Shown here in pieces: positions 37,300 through 48,900 of a stretch of DNA of 64,000 bases. Positions within the stretch are counted from its first letter, which is position 1. Every line of letters starts with the position of its first letter. The translations under genes were made by a program, and so were the position numbers. A model generated the notes under the pieces. The model was not told the DNA's origin. It saw only the letters and a list, made by a program, of their open reading frames with translations, and ran no database searches. This DNA is from Raillietiella orientalis (taxonomy: Eukaryota), in the NCBI GenBank assembly GCA_036172245.1, contig JAYWIR010000023.1, positions 310,001 to 374,000 of the forward strand. Direction: 5' to 3'.

Positions 37300-39600
37300 T
37301 CTGTGATGCGGATGATGCGAAAATCAGGAGCTCAGGAACGCAAATAGGGAAGTGGGACGGGCCAAATGCGCACCAGGAGAGCACGTCCGGACAAAACGGC
37401 ACGAATCGCTCTTCCGAATGGCGCGGCCCAAGCAGACCCCGTCGGGTCTCCTTCCAGCAATCCGCAACCCATGCCGTGTGCGAGCGAGCGCCGTCGGCCG
37501 CGAGGTGGCGGGACGACGAACGTCCCCCCTGTGCGGGCGAGAAAGGGGAGGGATTTTCCACTTGTGCGAGAACAGGAACGGGCGGACGAGGCTGCTAACG
37601 AACGCCGAAAGCGCCGGCTTGAATTTCCTGAATGCGAGCGACAGCCACAGGTACCAGTGCGAACCAGGATGTCTTGGACGACCCCCCACGACGGTTCACG
37701 CGTGACGGCTCCCTGTGTCACGTGAACGGAGGCAGCAGCCATAGCACCAGCCCTTTTCGCGAGCCCGGAACAGGCGATGGGAACGTCCGCAGTCTTGCAC
37801 TGAAAGCAGGGCAGCTCGTTTTTCCAGGATCTCTCGGAAGGCGTCCGAAAATCTTTCTCTGCGTACCACTTGCGTGTTCTTTGCCTGGAAGGGCGGATGC
37901 GGGTCTTCAGAGTGTCTTGGGCAGACGACCTTTTCTGGCAGATGGAGCCACCCGCGAGTTGGCAACGCGCACTCAATTACTGATCTGAGACGGACGGATC
38001 GGGTGCCCCTGGAAGCGGACGCATTTGCCCCCACAATCATCTGGGGAGCGCTGCCACGCAATCGAGAGAACCGAACCCTGCGGCACTCCTCTCCGCCTTG
38101 AGTTGCTCCCGGAGGCACAGACGACACGCGGAGCGCCCCGGACCACGCGGCCACTCCGAAGTCGGTGCCCTCGCAACGTTTCTTCGAGTTGGAGGATGCT
38201 CCCCTGCAGAGCTGCTTTGCGTCGGAATGCCTTCACGTGCGCTCCAGCGAGCCCGGTGCCAAAGAAGGCGGGCAGAACGGAGGATGGTGCCAGCGCCCTG
38301 TGCACGCAGCTTTCCCTCCTTGCCCCCGCTACATACTCGATTCCCTGTCCTCGACGACTGCATGGCGTTGCAAAAGCCCGCTCCTGCGCCGACGTCCACA
38401 TGCCGCTCATGGCATCTTCTAAAATAGTGAGAGGCGGGAGCCACGGCAGCGACAACGGAAAAGCGCTTCCCTCTCCGTCGGCTCTCCCCTCCTACTGAGA
38501 GGGTTCCACCGTTGGAGCAACGGAAGACACCAGCTGGGGCCACGCTTTCGCTTGTGGCTCCCCATCTGCGAGTCGAGCGACGCTGGCGTCCGGTTATCGT
38601 GCCAACGTTTCGACGGATCCCGCGAAACGCTCGCTGAACGGAAACGCGTGGGATTGGCGCCGCTCTTCGGCGGAAGCGCCCGCACGCTGCGAGCACGGCG
38701 GCGGAATAAGGTACGATCCAGTCTAGGCTGGCTGGACGGCCCGTGGCTCCGCAAGTGGGGTCGGGCGGAACGCCAGCAGCCACGACACTTGCACGCTTTC
38801 CTGAAAATGGAACGTGCCAACGACGGGACGCGCATTCTGACATCCGCCTCCGGCATCCGGGCGGTGGTTCCGCAGCGAAGTTGGCTGGTGGCAGAGTCCG
38901 ATGAAGCAGCGGTCTCCTAGAGAATCGTCCACCCACTGGGCGGTCACGCTCGCGCTGAAGCCAAAAGACAGTCCGGTCAGCTTCCCGGAGTGCGTTTTGC
39001 GTTCTCATCTTGGCAATCCGAGCCTGCTCCGGAGAGCAGCCACGATGGAGTACACGCTGGACCGGGTGGCCGGCATCCTCGGCGTTCGGAAGCAGTAACG
39101 AGTCAGCAGCTCGAATACCCCCTAGCGAAACCTCGCTGGCCCCACGGCAGAAGCTCTTTCGCCCCGCCGAGTCGAAGGTCAACAAACTGCTACGCGCGAC
39201 GACGAGCATCGCGAAAGACGGCTGTTCCTCGCAGAGGACGGCGACCCTTGAAATTTTCTGAATGCGAGCGACGGCCGCAGGGACGCTGCGAACCAGGATT
39301 TCTTGAATGCAGCCTTTGACGGTTCACGCGTGACGAACTTGCCACTGAAGATACCCGCCGATCGCAGCTTCCCACCGTCGACATTCGCTGCAACAAGCAG
39401 CTGCTAAGACCTGAGAATGTTTTCCCACTGGGAACGTGCTGTGCCGTCCAGTCTTGCCGTGAAGTGACCTTTTGCCTTTTGCCATCGGGAGGTGCAACCG
39501 GAAAAGACGGCGCGCACGCGCCCATCGTCGAGGACTCGCGGGGGTTTCTTTTCGCGGAAATCGCACCAGCCTTTACGGATCGTATCTTCTCTTAGATGGG
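37300..39600 (-). repeat. Two related diverged segments (37615-37710 and 39245-39340), possibly nad1 NUMT relics
   Basis: Both share CTGAATGCGAGCGAC...GCGAACCAGGAT...GACGGTTCACGCGTGACG. Minus translations QRKIFG and SENFKGRRPLRGTA weakly resemble nad1 ERKVLG and SSNSKYALLGGLRAVA. The repeat is certain; the nad1 origin is tentative. Confidence 0.5.
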
Positions 39601-40699
39601 GAATAGGGAACTCTGTGGCTGCCAGAGATGAGCCCTAAAAACTTTCCAAGTCTTTGCCCAGGCTCGTTTTCGTTCCGCGGCATGCATCCTTGACAATCGA
39701 GCAGCAGCTTAGGTTTTGTTCGCGTGCGACGGTGGAGGAAGGTACGGAGTAAGGGCGCCACGAGTTCCCCGAGAGTCGGCAGGCGTCGCCCGCTCTCCTG
39801 CAACGGGGACCGCGCTGGCGTTCCTCCCTGAGCGCCAAGTGGCACCGCTGGACCGGAAACTTCCCAAGGCGGTGCGACGAGCTTGTTTCCAACAGCTCGC
39901 TCGCCGCCCATTCTCCAGGGGAAGAACTCTCTGGAGCGCACCCGTTTCCGTCACGGAGGCAGTTCGAGCAAAAGTTTCCTCCCCTGGCGTCGGACTGCCT
40001 TCCGTCCGAGGGATGAGTAGGCGAATTTTCCTATTCCGAGGCGATGCAGGCATCCATCTGCATCCCGACTGGTTTTCGCTGAGCCAGCTTCTCCCACTTT
40101 TTCCGGGTTACGCCGACGAGACGATCACTGTTCGACGGACGCTCTGTGTCAGGGATCGCACAGAATTGGGAAAGCGCGTTAGGGCCTCGAAACCACGCGA
40201 CTCTGCTTCTCGGATTCGCTGAGACCGCCCTCTTGGCTGCTGCTCACTGCAGCCGAGATCGTGGAATGCCAGACGTGGACGACGCATCGCAGCGGTCATC
40301 AGAGAGATAGTGAGCACGGCGCATCTGTCCTCTGCTTGGAGGTCGCGTCTTGTTCTGCAACTTTCCCCGCCTCACCTTTTCGGTGCGCCGAAAGAGGTAA
40401 ACGGCATTGTGCATTTGCTCGCGCGGTGAAAAAGGGTCTTCCAGGAATCTTCAAAGTGTCTTTCTCCTCGGGTCTCTGTGCGGGTATGAACTCGCACAGA
40501 GATCATCTCTTTTCCGTTTGGTAACTCTGGTAACAGTTTCCTCCAGGGTACTAGAGCTTTACTCTCCAATATATGCTTATTCCAACCACCAACCCTTTCT
40601 TCATCCTCAACAAAACCCCAATGGAAACCCTCTCTCTGGTTTCGTCCCAGCGCGTCATTTTCTGCTGATGTCAATGACTCTCTTTTCATTCCATTGGCG

Positions 40700-42080
40700 C
40701 CCTCCAGCATCTTTCGAAAGGAACTTTCCGAAGCAATGGGTCAGCTTTTTCAGGCCGCTGATGTTCATGCTTTACAGCTAACCGTGCTTTCCCCAGGGTC
40801 TTCGATGCTCACGCGGTTCATCTTGTTCTCTCTCTGGACCGTGCTTTAATGAGACCTACCCTCACACCGACCTTCGCCCGACTGCTGGGAGATCGCCATG
40901 GAAATTGCGAGCTTAGCTGTGAATGATCTTTTTTTTCAGCTCCTCATCCGAAAGACTCTCGGCCAGGAAAGCGCTAGCTGTCCCCGAAAGCAGGACCATT
41001 CGCTTTCTTCGCCACACCAGATCGTAATTAGATCGTTTCGGGGAGTGGAGGAAGGAACTCATTTTCTCCTTTGAAGACTATACGCCCGCATCGTTCCTGG
41101 GTCGTGTCAATTGACGTCCGGATCCCATCGGAAGCGTGGCAACGGGCACAGGGCTCAGGAGACTCCAGAAGCAGGAAGAGAACCACTCGGCTCAAAGAGA
41201 AAGCATGCGCGCGTTTTCGGAAATCAAATGACGATGAGAGTAAAGAAAAAAAAAAAAAGGGGGTCAGGGGCTCAGAACGATCTCACTTAGAGTGCCCACA
41301 GATGTGTCTCACGAAGAGGAACCCTTCCTCATTCTGGAAGAGCAAAGAAATGACCGGATATCCGGCGGTTTCATCGACACTCTGCTTCCTTAGGAGGAAA
41401 CCCGCAGAGCTAACACCGCGCACGCCACCGAAGCTGCGAGTAACTGAGTCTTCAGGTTGAAGAGGAGATCATCACGGGAGTGTCCACCCCATGAATCCGG
41501 GAAGGGCTCCCAAGGAAGAAGTCCGTTCCCCTCACGCTTGAAAGGGGAACCCCGAACAAAAACACCTCTTCCTCATTCTCTCCGGAGGGACCAGTCCCGT
41601 TTCTTCTCCGAAGAGAACCCGGAAAGGAACTGCTCCTGGAATGTCTTCTCCGCAGGGATTTCTATGCTCCCTGTTTCCTCCACCTCTGAAGAGGACCCCG
41701 AAGGGACGCTTCCCGATCGTTCCTCGAAGGGTCGTGGAGATGCATCAAGCCGTCAGCTCCTTGGCACGAGATGGAGACCCCTCTTCCTCATTCTCACAAC
41801 TGGAGGAAGACACCCGAGATCTCGATTCCTTAAAGGACCCCGGAGGGTCCGCTTCCAATCCAGGCCAGTTAGCGGGGGCATCTGGATGCTCCCGGCTTCC
41901 AAGAGCGCGCCTCACCCGAAGCCTCCAGGCCGACCAGAGTTATCCTGAGTGGAGGAAGGACTCGAAACCCACAAAAAATCTCCATTCTCGGCGTCGATCT
42001 TTCCCCTGGTGGGATTCGAACCCGCGACGCTTGGTGCCGCGCGCGGAGACCGCAGCAGCCACGCAGCCTCCAACGGGGTC
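40700..42080 (-). pseudogene. Third nad2-cox1 NUMT relic
   Basis: 41440-42090 is homologous to 21360-21820. nad2 GLDW, GGGNRE (~GGLNQT) and SLGALPGFMG; cox1 AHAF at ~41200-41212 and FLPP...SGVAKKANG (~LLPP...SMVENGAGTG). Confidence 0.62.
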
Positions 42081-43781
42081 TTCCGGAAAAGAAGAACAAA
42101 GGGTCCCTCGTTTGCTTTTCTTGCGGGCACTCTTTACCTATAACAAGTCTCGCACTCGAGCCCAAGGTGCCTTTGTCCTAACTATATTTCTGGCACGGTT
42201 CGACGATGGTTTTCCGTTCTGCCACTCTTCGAACCAGACGTGTGGAAAAAGAGATTCACCACTTCATCCCCACGTTTTCAGAATCCCCAGCTGCAGAGGA
42301 AAACCGCAACTGTCGCTCGCGCCATCTGCACCGTTCCTTCGTTGCATCTCACGGCTGCATGGGGTGCCGCCGGTCGCCGCCAAATGAATAAGGGAGGGCG
42401 CACGCAGACCCACGATACGCGAAGGTCATACGGGACACACGGGGCGTTTGTGGTCTACGCCGTCGCTGGCCAGCCGGCCATTCGTGTCCTCTCTTCGTCA
42501 TCCTGATAAAGTTGGGCGCATCATAAACGCACTATCGCGCTCTTCCCACGAGATGCATGGAACGCACGCGAAGTCAGCTAATCCCAAAGAATGGACACCC
42601 ATAAAATCGAAACGAAGAGCATTAAGGCACAGAGAGTTCTGCGAGTTTGCTTCGTCTTTCCTTCTATTCGAGTGAACCATTCAAGTCAAGCCCCGTTGCC
42701 TGCTTCCACCGTGATGTATACGTTGGTACACCAAAGCGGAACGGCCTGTGCTGCAAGCTGTACTGGTACATTAATTCGTCTTGGTCTTCCGTAACGCGAG
42801 CCGTACAAAGATCTCGAAAAGTTTACGAGTCTTTTACTTCTGAAAGCTTCTTTTCTAACGGAGCACCCAAAACACTTGAATGTAAAGTGGCACGTCGGTA
42901 CTCGTAAAGAAGAAAAAAAAAAGGGAAAAAGGCAAAGAAAAAATCATTTCGCGAGAAGCACGCAAGCGCTATGGGGCACAGAAGTTAATCAAAATTTAAA
43001 AGAAACAAAGCTTACCTGTAGCATTCGTGAGGTTTGTTGCTTGGTATTGCACGTACGGTGAAGACGTGACTTAAAAGCAAAATGAATACTGCATGGAAAT
43101 GCAGAGTAAATTTTGAAGCCGTTGCTGTCCTCAGGCCGAGCAGTCGTGATAAATTGTGTACAAGCATGGTGCAAGAGTTGCACTCTACGCTGCTGCTGTT
43201 CCTTCTACACGGTTCTAACGTATTTTAATACGCTGAAGAGATCGCTGAATGTTAAAGTCAGGTACACCAGCAGCAACCAATCTGAATTCTTTCCTTATAC
43301 CTCAGGTTTCAGCTTTGCAAAACCTCTCTGGTATACCTGCGATAGCGAACGTGTGAATTGGAATTTTGAACAAATGCAGGTACTCACTAAAAAAAAAAAA
43401 ACAAAAAAAAAAGAAGGGAAGGAAGGAAGGGAGAAAAATGATGGTGAACATCTAATTACAAGCTGAGCACACCAGCTCCTACAATAATTAATTAAAAGAT
43501 ATCGTCACATTGGCAAATTTGTTCCAACTTGCAACCCGGTAAATAACCCCCACCAGGTTAAGGTTGTGGGAAGTGATACCTACTTTCAAAGAAATCTTTC
43601 TTCTTCTCCTTTTTTTTTTTTTTCTTATCAGTTTCGTGTGCACTGTAAACGGGCAGTTAATTTACGAATAAACTGGGCGAATAGTATTTATTCCGAAACG
43701 ACGGCAGCAATGCATCTCATCATCCTACACTTTGATCTTAGCCAAAAGGCCGAGAAGCTCATCATCCTTTCGCGTCTCATC

Positions 43782-43808
43782 TCATCATCATCATCATCAT
43801 CATCATCC
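43782..43808 (+). repeat. (CAT)n microsatellite
   Basis: About 8 direct CAT units. Confidence 0.9.
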
Positions 43809-45249
43809 TCAGCCAGACCATGGGCAAGCCCGAATGCACTCGGATTGCCAAAACCGGTGCCACGATAAATGACAAACTGTACTCCGCTGAAGTACGGCAG
43901 AGAAAACGGGAACCCCCCATTCAAATTGGCAAGCGTGCGGCAACGTGAAGTGGTGATCTCCCAGCTTCAATCGCAACTCGGACAAAAAGACTAGGGGAAT
44001 CCTACCGGGACACACGGCGCGAAACTCCCTTACGCAGACGAACGCGTGGAGATAATTCGGTGCTACCCCCGCACTATTCGGCAGCAGATCTCAGCGATGG
44101 AACCGATGTAGGGTGCAAGATTCCCGCGTTCCTCCTGGATGAATCCTCTGCTTTTCGAATCCTGACAAGCAAGCGCAACGCAGGATGGCGTTTTTCGAAT
44201 CGGTCACGGAAGAACAGGCGGAGCTTCCAAACGCTAAGGTGACGGATCTGCGCCCTGCGCAAGCACAGCCGCCTCCGTTGCTTTGACGACATGGCAATAC
44301 CTGATACAGTACTTGCTGAAAGTACGTGTCTCCCGTGCTCGGGGCAATGAACTATAGGTGTCCAGGTACTTCGCACACACAGCTGACGTCGTCTTTCTCG
44401 TCTCCCTCGCTCGGAGAGCGGTTTGCACGTGTCACCCCTTTGGAGCGGATGCGCCAGCGATGATCCCTCCAAGAGACAACTACTAAGTGAATCCACACTG
44501 GTCTCTGATGCTGCCTTATAAATAGCACGCGACTTCCAAGTGCCAACACGCCCCGTTGTGCACTGGCGAATGCTCACACGAAAGTACACGCGTCGAAACG
44601 ACGTCTCAGCCACCCATGAATGAAGTCATCAATCTTTAGAGGCTTTACAACGATGGATCAGACGAAGATACTCTGCTTCCCTCAGCCCCAAGCGTTCAGA
44701 GCGCCGGAGATCAGCTAGGCATCGCGGCGCGAGGAGGATGTATTTCTCAGCGTAGTTGTTTACGGTTCTCCTAGAATCGCTCTCGACCACGGAAGAGGGC
44801 GAAGAAAAGATAGCACGTTTGCCATCTCTACGGGTAACCATGAACCCAGGGTCTTAACGGTTCCCCGGCTGCCGGGGAAGGGTTCCCAAACAACGGGGAG
44901 CGCCCTTTACAGCTAACCGCTTCGAGGAGCGTGTAACGCGTCCATGATTCCCGTTGGCCTTGCCGTTTTCCCGGTCCATCAAAGGATATCGGGAACGAAA
45001 CAATCCCAAAGGTCAGGCACCCAAAGCTCCTTTCTGCTCCTGCAGGGCGATGCGCAAGTTTCGGAGGAGCGAGCAAAGCGGAAGACAGTCAAAGCTCATT
45101 CGAGGAGCTGGCATCCCAGGTGTTCTGCCATGACAACAAGGGTGTCCGCACGCAGTGGGACCGCTCGCTATGAAAAAGTGGAAAACGAGCGCGTGACCCA
45201 GCGAGAATCCTTCTAAGAGAGCTCGCCGCCGTCTGGATCTAACATTCAT

Positions 45250-48200
45250 GCCTTATCTCTTCTTCCGTCCCAGCTTTCTCGTGGATGAAGACTCGAGCAG
45301 GTATAGGAATTCGACCTCGCTCCAGGGAGTGTTTTCCTGCCCTCATAGCGTCCTTTCCCGCCGTCCCTCCAGAAGAAAGCAGCAGTGGGAGATGCTGAGC
45401 TCCCGCTCGGGAGTTTTCCGGCAGACGAATCTCTCTTTGAGGAGTCAGGGGTTGCGGCGCTGCACAATGGTCGCGAACCAGGGACGTCAGGAAGCTCCCC
45501 GGAACCGCCTGCTTGTCTTCCTTGCACACCTGCACGGGTGTAGGGGCGACATCGTGTGCTCCTGTCTCCACCACCCCCACACCAGCCAGGCATCCCAGCC
45601 AGGAAGCCCTTCTTCCCCGAAATGCCGCCGCCGCCAACATCGCGTTCCCTCGCGTCGCGAGACGTCGCCCTTCGCAGCGGCACTGGCACCTCCACCGCGC
45701 CGCAGTCGGACGCGGGGAGGCGTGCAAGGTTACTCTTCCCCTTCCCGGCCAGCGGATCTTCCATCCAGCGGGTCCGTCTCCCCGCACGCAGCAGCGCCAC
45801 TCGCGGCGTTTCGAACCGATATCTTCCGCTCTGGGTGCGCGCGTGCCGAGGTCATCGGAAGCACCGGAGGGCGGCACAGCGCTCGGCATCTGGCGGATAA
45901 AGGCGGAGCGGACGAGTCCGCATCTGCGGCGTTGAGAGCTCACCGTGGAAGATGAGAACAGGAGCGGATGCACCGTGCGAACCAGACACGTGTCGTTACC
46001 GGCTTGCAGGCGCTGGCGCTACCTGCACGCGCCATCGCCCTCTGAAACGTCCCCGCGACCGAGTGCGGCGGCGAGAGCGAAACTGCGTCTCTCGAGAGGG
46101 CTGCTGTTGACATGTCATCTCGTCGGCAGCGTCCGATCCGCGCATTCCGCGGCCCCGTCGTACACGCGGATGATAAATCTCACGGGAGAAACGAGTCGGC
46201 GAGCGGTCCAGCGAGCGAGGAGCACTGGAGGCGCCTGTTACCCGCTGCTTGGTAGAAGAATTGGTTTCCTTCTGTCCGCAGCAGGAAGAGCGGACATTTC
46301 TCCGTCAGCTCGTGACAGACGATCGTCTTGAGATTTGCGAATCGCTCCGATGTGTAGCAGCTTCTTGCTTTCTCTCGACGCGTGGTGAAACGCGTCTCGT
46401 GAGATTGGAAGACTCAGTTTCCGGCGGAGTGTTTTTTACTGCAGCGAGATGTAAATTCTGAAAAGCATAAATGACAAGCACTACAGGATTTCTCATGGCA
46501 CCACTCGGAAACAGGTCAAGGGTGTACTTTCTTGGAGCCACTTTACCAGTCCAGTAAAAGTCGACTCTTCTCCTACCGGACGGAACGTGCTTCCCCCCTC
46601 CTATCCGTCCGTTGCCATGGTTTCAGAACGGAACTCCGTCTTGGATGCAATACCCACTACGGTGTTGTTGTCTTGGCGCCGCGTGCATCCGGCGCAACGG
46701 CGTTTTCAGGAGCGACCCCAGCGTGCTTGTGCGCGCCCCTCCCGTCTCGTTTGCGGCGGCCCGGAAGAAGCCGTTTCGCAGCAAAGAGCGCTTGCGCTTC
46801 GAGGTCGGAGCGAAGAACGCAGGGTTCGCTCGCGAGCTGTTGCGGCCTGCAGGAGCATCAGCTGGCCAGGAGAGATGCTGCGCACGCACACACCAGGAGG
46901 AGGAGAAGGAGGATGACCTGGGCTGCACGTGGGAAAGCGAGAGAACGGACGCGTCAGGAACGGCGAAATCGCCCGTCTTTGTCGGAGGACCCGTCCGTCG
47001 GAGCGCGCCACCGGAAGGGCGCGGCAGAGTCCAAGCCGCCGCGAACAGGAGGCGAAGAGGACGAAGGCGCCGATCGCGAGGATTCGGGAAAGACGGCCGA
47101 AGTGCGCTGTTCTCGCGGACTGTCCGTTGGTCGTCGCCAGCGGAGCGCCCCTTCCGTTGTCGTCCCTGCACGCTCCGTCCGCGAGACCAAATCACCACCA
47201 CCCGTCGTCGCTCGGCGACCCTCTTCCTCAAGAAGCAAGCAAAGACAAGGCAGACGGCAGCGGACAGGAAGGCGAGTCACGTGCTCGCTTTTACCGCGAC
47301 CACCCTTCGGGTCGCGCCGGATCTCCTTCCTCAAGTGCGTTGCTTTCCGGGCGCCGCCGCCACTTTCGCTCGGCGGAAGCGCCTCTTGCGGACCGCAGAG
47401 GGCACACATCTCGAGCGGGAGGAAAGCGCCTTTTGCGTTGGAGATGTGCCATCGAAAAGATCCGCTCTCGCAGTCTCCCCTCTCTCGGCGACTTCGGTCT
47501 CGTCTCCTGGATTTTTTCCATCGTCTGGAAGCCTGTCTAGTGTTTTTATTTTTCTCGCAGGAGAGCGACGCTTCTGCTCCTTGGTTTTGCCGATTTCGGA
47601 AGTTCCTTCTTCCCTCGGAGCACCTTTTGCGATTCCCCACGCGCAAAGGCAGCGTTGCCTTTGTAATGTCCGCCGAACTGGGATATCGTCTTGCGTCCTG
47701 TCGGCAACGGGTGCAAGCCGTGCCTTGAATTCTGCTTCTCTTTTACCAAAGGCGTGAAGAAGAAGAAAATCGATGCAACGAAGCGTGCGGGATTCGCGGA
47801 TGCGCTGCCCAGTTCGGATGCGCTGCCGACGCGATCGCTCCTACCCCCGAGGCGCCAAGTCGCACATCCTCGATGTGCATCTTCGCAAAAATAGGAATGG
47901 ATGAGGGTGAAGAGGGAAAACGGAGCAAGGGTAGAAGGCTGCGCTCCAGGTCGACTGGTGTCGAGGGACACCCGGATCGCCGCGGACACAACGAGGGCGC
48001 GAGCGTCCGCGTGCCTCCGTGGCCATCGCTCAGCGCGATGCCGAAGAGGTCGAAACCAACCGGAGATCTCGTCTCACAAGTTTGTTCCTTGAGACCGTCC
48101 AGGCAACTGCGACCGGAACGAGTGCCCTGGTTCTGTGGCAGTCGCAATTTTCTTGCGTTGGTCCTGATTCAGCGCGGTGTCCCTCGTCCTTTCTCGGAAC

Positions 48201-48900
48201 TTGGGCGCAACCAACTGGTCTTGCGCACTGCTGCTCCCTCTGTGGGAGGGAGTTCGAAAGAAGAGTGGGTGCTCGTGTGCCCAGAGTCCACAGACATCTC
48301 GTGCATATTCGGGATCGGAAATTTTCTTCATTTTCAGTCCCGCCACATGGGAAAAGCATGCGCTTTCGTGATCAGCAGAAGCGCTCACCATCAACCATTC
48401 AACCCCTTCGCTTCCCCGTCCCCTCCCCGCTGGTTCGTACAAACAGCACCTACGTATTCTCTGCCTGTGCAGCAGCCACGCATACGTTGCCGGCATTTGT
48501 CTTTGTGGACGCTGCTTATCTGGAAATTCTTTTTCCACCACTCCGTCCGCCCGTTCCACTCCCTTCCATGTGGACCACCCATCGGAACAGGACCTGCATC
48601 GGATTCCGATCCCACACACTTCCCCATCGTTTTACTCGGGGAAGATACACATCTCGCCTTCCTCGGAGAATGCCTCGCGCCACCATTCGCACCGCGCATT
48701 CCGGTCCTGAACGCGTCGACTTTCAGAGGGAGCGAAGGCTCACATTTCACCTTTTAATTCTTCCTCCTTCCCACCTGCTCAACGGGCATTCGCCAAGAGT
48801 CCTTTAGCGCGGCGTTCGCTTTTCGCGCCACTGCTCCCGTAAAAATCACCTTCCTCCTCGTCTCCGCCCATCGCAAGGAAATGCTACACACGCCGGCTAG
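45250..48900 (+). pseudogene. GC-enriched cox1-cox2-atp6-cox3 NUMT relic on the opposite strand
   Basis: cox3 HQPF, WKFFFHHSVRP (~WAFFHSSLSP), PPIG and IPVLNAS (~IPLLNT); atp6 LIQRGVP and LVLRTAA (~LAVRLTA); cox2 SRLLDFFHR (~FRLLDVDNR); cox1 only weak (VFLAHLHG, NTHYGV). Order is canonical. Confidence 0.55.

Noticed and set aside
38037..39209. 390-aa minus-strand ORF
   Set aside because: No recognisable motif and many overlapping frames; compositional artefact.
44505..44530. TATAAATAG as an LTR promoter
   Set aside because: No second LTR, TG...CA ends or TSD found.
46532..47757. Overlapping 398-aa and 381-aa ORFs
   Set aside because: Arg/Ser/Ala-rich translation of stop-poor GC-rich DNA; better explained as decayed NUMT.
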